In this document: positions 1 through 11,300 of the stretch, in pieces
Layout of the letters: the number at the start of each line of letters is the position of its first letter
Position numbering within the stretch: the stretch's first letter is position 1
Virus record (IMG/VR): IMGVR_UViG_3300012286_000299
Location: 45,277 to 109,276 of that record
Length of the DNA stretch: 64,000 nt
Origin: a virus
Taxonomy: Duplodnaviria > Heunggongvirae > Uroviricota > Caudoviricetes
Direction: 5' to 3' (one strand)
Translations under genes and position numbers: made by a program
Notes under the pieces: generated by a model
Told to the model about the DNA's origin: nothing
Seen by the model: only the letters and a program-made list of their open reading frames with translations
Databases searched by the model: none

Positions 1-2
1 AC

Positions 3-941
3 TTAGTAGCAGGTAATATCACTTATTTCTTTACTGCTTCTACTGCTGAGGTAACAACAGCACAATCTGGTTTAACTGTTGTATTATATAGCAAACAAAC
101 TGCTGATAACTCAAGAGGTGATTTTGAGGATGCTTCAAATGCAGGATATCCAAATAATGATTCAAATACAGCAATCGTTATTCCTGAAATTAACGTTCAA
201 ATGAGATCAGAAGCTATTGTTGCTAAAACACGTAAGTTAAAAGCTCAATGGACACCAGAGTTCTCTCAAGATCTTAACGCATTCCACTCACTTGATGCTG
301 AAGCTGAATTAACTTCTATCTTATCAGAGTATATCTCATTAGAGATTGATCTTGAAATTTTAGATATGTTAATCCAAAACGTTCCATCTAACCAAGTTGA
401 AGTATGGTCTGCAAAAGTAGGTAACCAACTTAATGCTGCTAGAACAGGATTTGATTCTAACACATCAGGTGTTTATTACACTCAAATGTCTTGGTTCCAA
501 ACTCTTGGAATTAAATTACAAAAAATCTCTAACATCATTCACCAAAGAACTTTAAGAGGTGGTGCTAACTTTATGGTAGTATCTCCAACAGTTGCTACAG
601 TATTAGAATCAATCCCAGGGTTTGCTGCTGATACAGATGGTGATGTAACTAAAGCTTCATACGCGTTTGGTGTTCAGAAAATTGGTGCTTTAAACTCTAG
701 ATATAAAGTTTACAAAAATCCTTATATGTTAGAAAACACTATCTTGTTAGGATTTAGAGGTAACCAATTCTTAGAATCAGGTGCTGTTTATGCTCCATAT
801 GTTCCACTTATCATGACTCCATTAGTTTACGATCCTAATACTTTCACTCCAAGAAAAGGTATCATGACTCGTTACGCTAAGAAAATGGTAAGACCAGAAT
901 TCTATGGTAAAGTATTAGTAGCTGATACTAATTTAATCTAA
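3..941 (+). CDS. Major capsid protein, T4 gp23-like (5' truncated by window edge)
   Basis: Frame is open from base 3 through the Met at 201; motifs AKTRKLKAQWTPEFSQDLNAFHSLDAEAEL, RGGANF and YAPYVPL...FTPRKGIMTRYAK are typical of gp23-like capsids. Confidence 0.93.
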   Translation, partial: LVAGNITYFFTASTAEVTTAQSGLTVVLYSKQTADNSRGDFEDASNAGYPNNDSNTAIVIPEINVQMRSEAIVAKTRKLKAQWTPEFSQDLNAFHSLDAEAELTSILSEYISLEIDLEILDMLIQNVPSNQVEVWSAKVGNQLNAARTGFDSNTSGVYYTQMSWFQTLGIKLQKISNIIHQRTLRGGANFMVVSPTVATVLESIPGFAADTDGDVTKASYAFGVQKIGALNSRYKVYKNPYMLENTILLGFRGNQFLESGAVYAPYVPLIMTPLVYDPNTFTPRKGIMTRYAKKMVRPEFYGKVLVADTNLI

Positions 942-965
942 GAATAACCAATTCTTAATATAAGG

Positions 966-992
966 AAGCCTAGCGAAAGCTAGGCTTTTTTT
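966..992 (+). terminator. Intrinsic terminator after capsid gene
   Basis: AAGCCTAGC-GAAA-GCTAGGCTT followed by T run. Confidence 0.9.
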
Positions 993-995
993 ATC

Positions 996-1003
996 ATATT
1001 TAT
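996..1003 (+). promoter_or_regulatory. Candidate late promoter motif ATATTTAT
   Basis: Same octamer lies in intergenic DNA at 996, 1713, 8323, 15486, 17625, 18195, 19233, 21582, 23848, 35336, 38116, 43912 and 51159, mostly just upstream of structural/lysis genes. Confidence 0.6.
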
Positions 1004-1024
1004 ATTAAATTAAACGTTTCTAAT

Positions 1025-1711
1025 ATGGCATCAAATCATCACACTGATGAGGTTTTTACTCAAAAGAGAAAACCTAAAAACCCAATTAAGTTCAATCTCC
1101 AACTTAATGAAGAACAAAAACAAGCAAAAGCCCTTATTATTGAAAATCCAGTAGTCGTTTTGAAAGGAATGGCAGGTTCAGGAAAAACTTTAGTAGCAGT
1201 ACAGGCAGCATTAGATATGTTGTTTAGTAGAGAAGTAGAAAAAATTATTATTACAAGACCTACTGTAGCTAAAGAAGAATTAGGATTTTTACCTGGTGAT
1301 CTTAAAGAAAAAATGGATCCTTGGTTAGCACCTATTTATCACAATTTATACATGTTATATGGTAAAGAAAAAGTTGATAAAGAATTAGAATATGGTAATA
1401 TTGAAATTGTACCATTCGCATTTATGAGAGGAAGAACATTTGTTAATTCATTTGTAATTGTAGATGAAGCACAAAACGTTACTCATGATCAAATGGAAAC
1501 AGTTTTAGGTCGTTTGGGTAAAGGATCTAAAATGGTGGTTTGTGGTGATTTAGCACAAATCGATTTAAAAGTAAAAAAAGAAACTGGTTTTTCATTTTTG
1601 ACTAGAATTGAAGAGCAAGTAAAAGGTTTTAAAGTATTTGCATTACAAGCTAATCATAGACATGATATTGTTGCACCTATTTTAAAAGTGTACCAAGACT
1701 TTAGAGATTAA
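1025..1711 (+). CDS. phoH: PhoH-family ATPase
   Basis: GMAGSGKT Walker A, ITRP, LGFLPGDLKEKMDPW, MRGRTF, IVDEAQN, GDLAQID. Confidence 0.95.
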   Translation: MASNHHTDEVFTQKRKPKNPIKFNLQLNEEQKQAKALIIENPVVVLKGMAGSGKTLVAVQAALDMLFSREVEKIIITRPTVAKEELGFLPGDLKEKMDPWLAPIYHNLYMLYGKEKVDKELEYGNIEIVPFAFMRGRTFVNSFVIVDEAQNVTHDQMETVLGRLGKGSKMVVCGDLAQIDLKVKKETGFSFLTRIEEQVKGFKVFALQANHRHDIVAPILKVYQDFRD

Positions 1712-1735
1712 AATATTTATACTAAATAATAAATT

Positions 1736-2902
1736 ATGGCTAATTCACAAGTTTGGACAGGAACTGCTACCTTTATTCAGGGTGCAGCTACTCCATTTGG
1801 ATTTTATGATAATGACTACCAATTTCAAATAGATGCTGTAAAAGTAGCGAAATTTTGTGCACAACGTTTAGGATATCCTTCAATGGATATTGAAATGGAT
1901 AGTGGTTCGTTTTTTGCTTGCTTTGAAGAAGCAGTAACTACTTATGGTAATGAGGTTTACTTATATCAAATTAGAAATAATTTTATATCATTAGAGGCTA
2001 ATCCAAATGATGTCACACTCAATAATTCAGTAATCAATCCTTCATTAGGTAATATAATTAGAATGGCTTCTGATTATGGTAGTGAAGCAGGAGTAGGTGG
2101 TCATATAAATTATTATACAGGCTCAATAGATATGACAGCTGGGCAACAAAATTATGATTTAGCAGCATGGGCTTCATCTTCAGGAGTAATATCAGGGAAT
2201 GATTCAATTGAAATAAAAAATATTTTTTATGAAAATGCACCTGCTATTGTAAGATATTTTGATCCTTATGCTGGTACAGGATATGGCTCACAACAATTAT
2301 TAGATGCATTTGGATTTGGTAACAAATCTCCTGCTATTAATTTTATGTTAATGCCTCTTAATTATGATATTGCAACAATTCAAGCAATTGAATTAAATGA
2401 CCAAATAAGAAGATCAGCATTTTCATTTAACATTGTAAATAATAAGTTAAAAATATTTCCTATCCCAACTTCTAATAAAAAGTTATTTTTTGAATATATC
2501 AAAGTATCAGAAAGGGATAGTGTTGTAGCTACTTCAGGACCAGGTTCAGGAGATAATTTAATTACTGATATTTCTAATGTACCATATGAAAATCCTACTT
2601 ACATGAATATAAATGCTCCTGGTAGATATTGGATATTTGAGTACACTTTAGCATTAGCAGCTGAAACTTTAGCATTTATTAGAGGTAAATATACTCAAGT
2701 ACCAATCCCTGGTGCAGAAGTAACGTTAAATCAGGCAGATTTATTAGGAAAAGCTAAGGATTTACAGATGGCGTTAATTGAAAAATTACGCGCTGATTTA
2801 GACGAAGCTTCACGTAAAATGCAATTAGAAAGAAAGAAAGCTGAAAATGATGCTATGCAATCTACATTGTTAAATATACCAATGAATATTTTTATAGGAT
2901 AA
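1736..2902 (+). CDS. Putative neck/head-completion protein (gp13-like)
   Basis: 388 aa; position after capsid; C-terminal IPGAEVTLNQADLLGKAK resembles neck proteins of T4-like phages. Confidence 0.55.
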   Translation: MANSQVWTGTATFIQGAATPFGFYDNDYQFQIDAVKVAKFCAQRLGYPSMDIEMDSGSFFACFEEAVTTYGNEVYLYQIRNNFISLEANPNDVTLNNSVINPSLGNIIRMASDYGSEAGVGGHINYYTGSIDMTAGQQNYDLAAWASSSGVISGNDSIEIKNIFYENAPAIVRYFDPYAGTGYGSQQLLDAFGFGNKSPAINFMLMPLNYDIATIQAIELNDQIRRSAFSFNIVNNKLKIFPIPTSNKKLFFEYIKVSERDSVVATSGPGSGDNLITDISNVPYENPTYMNINAPGRYWIFEYTLALAAETLAFIRGKYTQVPIPGAEVTLNQADLLGKAKDLQMALIEKLRADLDEASRKMQLERKKAENDAMQSTLLNIPMNIFIG

Positions 2903-2903
2903 T

Positions 2904-3428
2904 ATGGCATATTTTGGACGAAGTCGTGATATAGGAATGTTTTCAAACATTAACAATGAATTGTTAGGTCAAGTAATCGAACAAAAGGTTGGTTATTACC
3001 AAGTTATTTTAGAAGAAACTACACCTAACATATATGGTGAAAGTACAAATAAAAAATATAATGGTCCTGTATTATTAAATTGTTTATTAGAAAGAGGTGA
3101 TACAACTCCAATAACAGATGATTTTGGAATGGATTTTGAAAGAAAATTAGTTGTAAGATTTTTTAAACCTCATCTAATAACAGCAAATGTAGAACCTTCA
3201 GTAGGTGATATAATTTTATGGAATGAAGATTATTACGAGGTAAATAATGTAAATGAAAATCAATTAATAGTTGGTAAAGATCCTGAATATGCTTATACAA
3301 ATCAAGATTATATTCCTGATACAGGAACAAGTTTATCAATAATATTAGAATGCTTCTATACTAGACCTGAAAAAGTTAATATCAGAGAAAATAGATATCC
3401 AGGTGATCCTGGTTCTTTAACAGTTTAA
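2904..3428 (+). CDS. Putative neck/head-tail adaptor (gp14-like)
   Basis: Synteny; PSVGDIILWNEDYYEV beta-rich motif. Confidence 0.45.
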   Translation: MAYFGRSRDIGMFSNINNELLGQVIEQKVGYYQVILEETTPNIYGESTNKKYNGPVLLNCLLERGDTTPITDDFGMDFERKLVVRFFKPHLITANVEPSVGDIILWNEDYYEVNNVNENQLIVGKDPEYAYTNQDYIPDTGTSLSIILECFYTRPEKVNIRENRYPGDPGSLTV

Positions 3429-3437
3429 TAATTAATA

Positions 3438-4313
3438 ATGGAAAGTAAACCACGTCCAATAAATAAAAGAGAATTTTTAACATCTCTTTCGGAACCATAT
3501 CAAGAACCGGAAGTGGCGATACAACCTTATACTAACCCTAACTCTAAGGAATCTTTAAATTCACAACCTGGACAACCTGAATTTAATAGAGCTTCTCAAA
3601 TTTCATTAAAAAGTGAAGAAAATGCTACTATTAATATAGGATTAGAAGATCATGATAATGCTATTTTATATTATTTAAATAATGTTATAAGACCTACGGT
3701 AATTCAAAACGAAAGACAAATAGAAGTTCCAATTATATATGGTTCGCCGGAAAGATGGAAATCGATTCAATACGACGGGTTTTATCGTGATAAAAATGGA
3801 AAAACTATGGTTCCTTTAATTATGTTTAAAAGAGAATCATTTGAAAAAAATAGAACTTTAGGTAATAAGTTAGATGGTAATGTAGTTCATAATGTTCAAT
3901 ATTTTGAAAAACAATACTCACAACGAAATGTGTATGATAATTTTGATATTTTAAATAATCAAAAACCACAAAAGGAATACATTTTAGGAGTAATACCTGA
4001 TTATATTACTTTAACATATAAATTAAGTATTTTTACAGATTACATAGAACAAATGAATCCTATAATAGAAGCACTTGAATTTGCATCAGATTCATATTGG
4101 GGTGATCCACAAAAATATCAATTTAGAGCTATTATAAGTTCATTTCCTACTCCTGTATTATTAGAAAATAGTACTGATAGAGCTAGTAAAAGTGAAATTA
4201 CTTTAACATTACAAGGTTATATTATACCTAATACAATAAACGTTGCAATGGCAGGACCAAATCCTAAATCATACAACATAACTAAAACAATATTTACAGA
4301 AAAAATAATATAA
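3438..4313 (+). CDS. Putative tail terminator/sheath stabiliser (gp15-like)
   Basis: IEVPIIYGSPERW, VPLIMF and ITLTYKLSIFT...QMNPIIE motifs resemble gp15 family. Confidence 0.6.
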   Translation: MESKPRPINKREFLTSLSEPYQEPEVAIQPYTNPNSKESLNSQPGQPEFNRASQISLKSEENATINIGLEDHDNAILYYLNNVIRPTVIQNERQIEVPIIYGSPERWKSIQYDGFYRDKNGKTMVPLIMFKRESFEKNRTLGNKLDGNVVHNVQYFEKQYSQRNVYDNFDILNNQKPQKEYILGVIPDYITLTYKLSIFTDYIEQMNPIIEALEFASDSYWGDPQKYQFRAIISSFPTPVLLENSTDRASKSEITLTLQGYIIPNTINVAMAGPNPKSYNITKTIFTEKII

Positions 4314-4314
4314 A

Positions 4315-4701
4315 ATGGCTGCAGGAATATACAATATTTTATTAGAACAAGGTACCACAGTAGATTTTAAAATTCAATATAAAGATGTAAGTGGTAGTGC
4401 TATAGACTTAACAGGATATGGAGCTGCTATGCAAATTAGAAGTAATTATGCTGATAATAATCCCACAACTTACATTACTTTATCAAGTTCATTAGCAACT
4501 GATGGTACTGGTTTGAATATGTCTTCTGCAAGTTCGGGATATATTGGAATTTATATATCAGCTTGTTCATCTTCAGCTTTAAATTTCCCAAATGCTAGGT
4601 ATGATTTAGAAATATTCTCGGGTAGTGTAGGAACATGTCCTATAACTACACGTATATTAGAAGGGCAAGTTAATTTAAGTAAAGAAACAACAAGACCATA
4701 A
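4315..4701 (+). CDS. Small virion structural protein (Ig-like/BppU-like)
   Basis: YNILLEQGTT, AIDLTGYGAAMQIR, RYDLEI, RILEGQV pattern common upstream of fibre genes. Confidence 0.5.
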   Translation: MAAGIYNILLEQGTTVDFKIQYKDVSGSAIDLTGYGAAMQIRSNYADNNPTTYITLSSSLATDGTGLNMSSASSGYIGIYISACSSSALNFPNARYDLEIFSGSVGTCPITTRILEGQVNLSKETTRP

Positions 4702-4703
4702 TA

Positions 4704-5456
4704 ATGTCTCAAGTAAACATAACATTAAATACTAACACAGTAGATATTAATACAACTAATAATCAAATAGTTGTAACGGATCCTACTAATCCTACTACAG
4801 TCAATGTAGTACAGCCAGTTACTACTGTAGTAGAAGTAATTACAGCAGGGCCACAAGGGCAACAAGGCCTCCCTGGTTCAAGTTCTTTTGTGGATACCGG
4901 TTCTTTTGTAACTACTGCATCATTTAATGCTTTTACAAGTAGTTATAATACAGGAAGTTTTTATGGTTCATTTACAGGTTCATTATTAGGTACTAGTTCA
5001 TGGGCTAATAATGCTATAAGTTCATCTTATTCTGCTACTGCTTCATATGCAATGAATGCAGGTACAACTATTAATACAGGTTCTTTTGTAACTACTGCAT
5101 CATTTAATGCTTTTACTTCTTCATATAGAACAGGAAGTTTTACAGGATCTTTTACAGGATCTTTATTTGGAACTTCATCTTGGGCAGTTTCTTCATCAAG
5201 AGCAGTAACAAGTTCATTTGCTATTAGTGCTTCACAAGCACAAAATGCATTAAGTGCATCTTATTCTACTTTTGCACAAAATTCCGATACAGCAACTAAT
5301 GCTAGTAATTTAACAGGGTTTCAAGCTGCAACTATAGAACAAATTAATGTAGGAGAAACTAATAATGGAACTTATGCTTACATAATAAGAGCACAAGAAT
5401 TAGAACAAAGTAAACATACAACTATAAACATATATAATAATTTAAACTTTACATAA
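4704..5456 (+). CDS. Fibre-associated S/T/G-rich repeat protein
   Basis: Short GPQGQQGLPG collagen-like stretch and two TGSFVTTASFNAFTSSY...GSFTGSL repeats. Confidence 0.55.
   Translation: MSQVNITLNTNTVDINTTNNQIVVTDPTNPTTVNVVQPVTTVVEVITAGPQGQQGLPGSSSFVDTGSFVTTASFNAFTSSYNTGSFYGSFTGSLLGTSSWANNAISSSYSATASYAMNAGTTINTGSFVTTASFNAFTSSYRTGSFTGSFTGSLFGTSSWAVSSSRAVTSSFAISASQAQNALSASYSTFAQNSDTATNASNLTGFQAATIEQINVGETNNGTYAYIIRAQELEQSKHTTINIYNNLNFT
4899..5116 (+). repeat. 38-bp identical direct repeat, 180 bp apart
   Basis: GGTTCTTTTGTAACTACTGCATCATTTAATGCTTTTAC at 4899-4936 and 5079-5116. Confidence 0.9.
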
Positions 5457-5896
5457 TGGCAGGAGCAGTCTTAAATAAACAACCTATATTCACAGCAACA
5501 CCTGTATTAATATCGCAAAAAGTAACTTTAGCAACACCATCTAGTCTACTTAATGTAGATAATGCATTAGTTATATACACCGATGCAACTACTTACGGAA
5601 CCCTAATAAATAAAATAACTGTATCAACAGACGGAATATTAACAGCAAATATACCTAATACAACAATATATTTATATGTATACGATGTTACAAATAATTC
5701 GTTTAATCTATATAAATCCGCAGTAATTAATGCTGTAGCAAGTGTTGGATATCAAGTAGTACCTTATGTTGAATTTACATTTGATGGAGGATTAGTGCTA
5801 GGTCCTAATAATAAATTAGCATTGGGAACAACTAATGGTGGTATTAATTATGCGGTAATAGTAGAAGGAGGAACATACGAATATATACCAGCCTAA
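5456..5896 (+). CDS. Hypothetical virion protein
   Basis: 146 aa beta-rich ORF within fibre block. Confidence 0.6.
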   Translation: MAGAVLNKQPIFTATPVLISQKVTLATPSSLLNVDNALVIYTDATTYGTLINKITVSTDGILTANIPNTTIYLYVYDVTNNSFNLYKSAVINAVASVGYQVVPYVEFTFDGGLVLGPNNKLALGTTNGGINYAVIVEGGTYEYIPA

Positions 5897-5905
5897 TAAC
5901 AAAGT

Positions 5906-7909
5906 ATGAATAACGGATTTTACGAATTTTCTCGAGGTAGACAAGAAACAACTTCTTCAGTATTTCCATATACTGGATCAGCTATTATTACTGGTAGTTT
6001 AGAGGTAATAGGAATCCTTGAAAATGGGTTAAGTGTTACAGCATCAGGAATTTATTCACATGCTGAAGGAGATAGTACTCAAGCATTAGGTGATTTTTCT
6101 CATGCAGAGGGGCAAGGAACTATAGCATTAGCAAGAAGACAACACGTACAAGGTAGTTTTAATCTTCCATCATTAATAGGCTCAGCTTTTATTGTAGGAA
6201 ATGGCTCAGGAGACAGTAATAGATCAAACTTAATCTTTGCAGCAATTAATGCTGTTCAAATAACAGGATCACTTATAGTATCATCTTCAAATGATCCCCA
6301 ATTCCTAGTAGGAAGTCAATCCCTTATAGTAAGTTCCTCAGGAAATGTAGGAATTGGAACACCAACACCAACTGTAAAATTAGATGTAAGTGGAAGTGCT
6401 TTATTCAAAACAAATGGTGTAACTACAGTAACTATTGGAGGTAGTCAAAGTGCTGCATCTAGTCAAGATGGAGTCTTAACACTAGCATCATCTTTAGGGC
6501 AAAATTTAACACTTGACACAAGAAGAGGTAGAGGACCGAGAATTTATTCAACTAATGCAACACACGATTTTGACATATCAGCAGCTGCTGGAAGTAACCT
6601 AATACTAAACTCAACCACAGCAAGTGTAGGTGGGGTATCAATTGGTATTTCGTCAACAACAGGAGTAGCTTCTTTAGCAGGTAAGTTAGATATCTTAGAT
6701 ACAACATTTGCATCAGGATCAGCTAATTCTGGTTCCCTTTTAAATTTAAGACAAACTTGGAATACAACAGGTGCTCCAACTGCACTAAAGCTAAATGTAA
6801 CTGATACAGCTAGTGGTGCTTCCTCATTATTGATGGATATACAAAAAGGAGGAGTAAGTCAAATTGTAGTAGATAAAAGTGGAAATTTAGGAGTAAATGC
6901 AGCAACTTTAAATGCAAAACTACAAGTAAAAGGAACAGGGGTAACTTCTACAACAAATACCTTATTATTGCAAAATAGTGCACTAACAAATATACTTACA
7001 GTAAAAGACGATGGTTCTACTATAATATCGGGTTCTTTAACTACAACTCAAGGAATAACAGGTTCGTTATTTGGAACTTCATCTTGGGCACAAAATGCAG
7101 TAAGTTCATCTAAACTTGAAATAACAAATGATATTGCAACTAATGCAACTCACTATATATTATTTTCACCCTCAACTACAGGAAGTGCTAAGGCAACAAT
7201 TGATAGCAATACATTTACATTTAATCCATCTACAGATACACTAACATCAGGAGATTTAACATTAGCACAATTAGGTTCTAGAACCTTAACAATACAAGCT
7301 TATACCTTTGGGGGTACTGAAATAAAATTAATTCCAAATGTCACAGCGGGGTTTGCTAGAATTAATGTAGGAAATACAAATGCTCCATTAGACTTCCAAA
7401 TGAATAGTGTTGATGTAATGAGAATTGCACAAGACGGTAAGGTAGGAATAGGAACAACCGGAGCAACAGCAAAATTAGAAGTAAAAGGAACAGGATCAAC
7501 TTCATCAACAACTACCTTACTAGTTCAAAATAGTTCATTAGCTCCAATTCTTACAGTAAAAGATGACAGTACTATTTTACTTGGTAACTCCCAAGCACCT
7601 GCTTTTATTACAACTGTTAAGAACACATTAACATCTTCTGGAGCTTTTACAGTATATGCACTACCAACTTCATCGTATGATGGAGTATTTTGTGATTACA
7701 CAGCTCGTTCAGGATCAAATGCAAGAGCAGGACAAATTATGGCAATTTGGTCAGGTTCGTCAGTAAATTATACAGAAACTACAACAACAGATTTTGGAAA
7801 TACTACAGGATTAAACTTAGGAGTATTTATTTCAAGTTCAAATATGGTAATAACAGGATCAGCAGCAACATCAACATGGACTGTTAAAACAATAATAAGA
7901 TCAATATAA
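5906..7909 (+). CDS. Tail fibre/adhesin-like protein
   Basis: Two SHAEG YadA-head-like units, GNVGIGTPTP/GKVGIGTTG fibre motifs, internal repeat LQVKGTG..S.T.TLL.QNS.L..ILTVKDD. Confidence 0.7.
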   Translation: MNNGFYEFSRGRQETTSSVFPYTGSAIITGSLEVIGILENGLSVTASGIYSHAEGDSTQALGDFSHAEGQGTIALARRQHVQGSFNLPSLIGSAFIVGNGSGDSNRSNLIFAAINAVQITGSLIVSSSNDPQFLVGSQSLIVSSSGNVGIGTPTPTVKLDVSGSALFKTNGVTTVTIGGSQSAASSQDGVLTLASSLGQNLTLDTRRGRGPRIYSTNATHDFDISAAAGSNLILNSTTASVGGVSIGISSTTGVASLAGKLDILDTTFASGSANSGSLLNLRQTWNTTGAPTALKLNVTDTASGASSLLMDIQKGGVSQIVVDKSGNLGVNAATLNAKLQVKGTGVTSTTNTLLLQNSALTNILTVKDDGSTIISGSLTTTQGITGSLFGTSSWAQNAVSSSKLEITNDIATNATHYILFSPSTTGSAKATIDSNTFTFNPSTDTLTSGDLTLAQLGSRTLTIQAYTFGGTEIKLIPNVTAGFARINVGNTNAPLDFQMNSVDVMRIAQDGKVGIGTTGATAKLEVKGTGSTSSTTTLLVQNSSLAPILTVKDDSTILLGNSQAPAFITTVKNTLTSSGAFTVYALPTSSYDGVFCDYTARSGSNARAGQIMAIWSGSSVNYTETTTTDFGNTTGLNLGVFISSSNMVITGSAATSTWTVKTIIRSI

Positions 7910-7915
7910 ACAAAT

Positions 7916-8311
7916 ATGATAGCAGTAATTACAAAAACACCAAAGTATTATACACAAAATAATACACACTGTAAATTAAGAACAGTAATAGAGAGTTTTA
8001 GATACGACATAAATTCAGGAATAAACAACATTATAGTTGATCAAGCCGTTGATGATTCAGGAAATGTATTAGAAATTTTAACAGTAAGAAATAGTTCATA
8101 TACTTTTGAGGAAATAAATAACTTGTTCATTTATATGAATACACCTATTACTTTAGAACTTCCTTTTATGGATCAACTTTCAACTTTAATTGCAACAGCA
8201 TTATTAATTGAAACTCAAACTAACCCACGTAGAGGAACACAAGCAGCAGATTGGGAAATGTATGTAGATGTGGCTCCTATTGTTGATACCCCAGTTCCAC
8301 CTGTAGAGTAA
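7916..8311 (+). CDS. Hypothetical protein
   Basis: 131 aa ORF, in-operon spacing. Confidence 0.6.
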   Translation: MIAVITKTPKYYTQNNTHCKLRTVIESFRYDINSGINNIIVDQAVDDSGNVLEILTVRNSSYTFEEINNLFIYMNTPITLELPFMDQLSTLIATALLIETQTNPRRGTQAADWEMYVDVAPIVDTPVPPVE

Positions 8312-8361
8312 TTAATTATACAATATTTATAGTAATATAACCTGGAAGTGAAAGGATAATT

Positions 8362-11300
8362 ATGAATGAATTTAAAATAAAAAATGGTCTTATAGTAGAC
8401 CAAGGAGGAGCTGTAATAACAGGTTCTTTAAATGTTACACAAGGTATTACAGGTTCTTTATTAGGAACTTCGTCTTATGCAACAGTAGCTCAAACTTTAT
8501 TAGGATCAGTTGTTTCAGCATCTTATGCAGCAACAGCTTCTATGTTACTAGGATCTGTAGTATCTGCCTCTTATGCATTAGTAGCACAGAATGTACTAGG
8601 ATCTATTACTTCTGCATCATATTCCGCAACAGCATCTTATGTTACTCCGTTAACACAGACATTGACCCTTACAGGATCTTTTAATGTAAGTGGTTCAACA
8701 ACACAGATAGGAACAAATAATCTTTTAGGACAAACTAACCTATCAGGATCAATCATTGTATCAGGTACAATGCAAGCAAATGCAAATGTTACTATAGGAG
8801 GTACTTTAAGATTAGACCCAGCACAAGATCCCGGGAGTATAAATGCAACAGCATCTTTCTTATTTACATCAGCATCAAATACAGCTCAAGGATATGACCT
8901 ATATTATAGACAAGATGGAAATTTAGTTAAGTTTAAGTGGTTAGAAGGAGGTATTTCAACAGGCCTCTTATATGGAGGAGTAGTATCAGGTTCAGGATCG
9001 ACAATATACGTTGGATCAGGATCGGGAATTATTATGACTTCAAATGCGAATATAAATAGTGAAATCAGCCCTCAATACACATACGTAACTTGGCCAGCTT
9101 ATTCATCATCAGCCACATATCTGACATCTTCTCAAAATACATACATCTATGTAGATAGTTTAGGGGTAGTACATCAACAGCCAAACTACTTTACTGAAAC
9201 ACAATACCAAGAGGCAATTTGTTTAGGAAGAGCAACTCATGCTAACTACACCACAATTACAGGTGTTGGTTCAAATGTACAAACAACATATGATTCTGAT
9301 GCACAGCAAAGTGAGTTTATTAGAGCATTTGGACCATTGAAAATAAATGGACTTACAATAACTGGACAGACTGGTACTTTACGTTTAAATATAGGAGCAG
9401 GACAATCATACAATTTAGGTGGATTTTATCCACAAAATCCTGAACATCCTAGTGGATATTCTTCTGCAGCTTTTCTAACAGCTTCAATAGCTAGAGCAAG
9501 GTTAAGTGGTTCAAATATCATATTAGATAATAATGCAGGAGCATTCTACACAGTAGTAGATCCAACAAAATATGACGATGGATCAGGTGTACTACAAAAT
9601 GTAGGAACTGGAAATTGGACAATTCAAAGAGTATTTGTTAACCCTGTAAGTGGTAGAGTAGTAATATACTATGGACAAACTAGATATACAACTCAACTAA
9701 ATGCATTACAGTACTTAAATACAGATCCATTCACTGAAGGAGAATTTACAGCAAAATCATTAGTATTTGCAGGATATTTAGTACTAAAAGGAAATACAAC
9801 TGATTTAACTGATTCTGAAAATACGATAATCCAATCAGGTATTTTTAGAAATACAGCTGGAGGTTCAAGCACATCAGGTACCGTAACTTTAGCATTAGAT
9901 AACCTTTCTGATGTTACTATAACAACTCCAACAAATGGGCAGGCACTTATTTACAACTCAGGAGTATGGGAGAATGGAACGCCTATAAGTTCATCTTATG
10001 CCGTTACTGCTTCTTATGCTAATAACGGAGTAAAAAATGGAGTTCAATATTCAATCCCTGTTTACACTAATGGTAATACAATTATTACAAGTTCTATATT
10101 TCAATCAGGGTCTTTTACATCTATACGAAATGCAACAGCACCTGAAGATCCAACAAATCCTGATATTTTATATGTAAATGGAGATGGAATTACAACTAAA
10201 AATCTAATCTCAGCACATGGTAGTATTAATGACTATGTTCAAATAAATGTAGAGAATTACGATGCAGGAACATTAGCATCTGCTGACGTAGTAGCAACTA
10301 ATGATTTAGGTAGCTATATCGATATGGGTATTAACTCTTCAGGGTTTAATAATCCAACATTTGTAGGAGCAGCAGGAGACGCTTACATGTATTCAACTGG
10401 TGAAAACTTATACATAGGTAATGCAACAGCTGATAAAGAATTAATACTCTTTAACGGTGGAACTAATGCACAGGATAATGCTAGAATGTGGGTACATAAT
10501 CAAGGAACTGTTGTAATTGGAGGTACAGGGTCTTATGCTTCAGGTAACCCACCAGCATTACAGATTAATCCACTTCCTGGTACTACTACCTATAACATTA
10601 TTCAAGCTCAAGGAAATATAAATGATTATGCCCAAATAGGTGTTATTAACTTAAATACAGGATCAAACTCATCAACAGATATTGTAGCATACAATGGATC
10701 CGACCCTGTATTACAACTATCAGGATTTATTGATATGGGGATTAATTCTCCCAACTATGAATCAAATATAGACTATCCAAACTGGACATCAAGTGATGCT
10801 TATGTGTATACTGATTCTCCTAGAATGTTAATTGGGTCAACAGGAGGTGTCGGTGATACAACAATAAACTTTTTTATAGGAAGTGCAGATGTAGATGCTG
10901 ATAGTAGGTTTAAATTGAGAAGAAGTAATACTCATGAGTTAACTGGATCTTTAGATGCAACTAATGGATTTATTGGTAACTTAACAGGTACAGCTTCCTT
11001 TGCTAATTCAGCATCTTACGCTACAGTTGCACAAAATGTATTAGGATCTATCACTTCAGCATCATATGCAGCAACTGCTTCTATGTTGTTAGGTTCAATA
11101 GAATCAGCTTCATATGCAACTACGGCTTCATATGCAACAGTAGCTCAAACATTACTAGGTTCAGTAGTATCAGCTTCTTACGCAGCTACAGCTTCATATG
11201 TACCAACTGCTTCTTATGCATTAACAGCTCAAACCTTATTAGGATCAGTAGTATCAGCTTCTTACGCTACTACATCTTCATATTCAAATACTTCTGTAAG

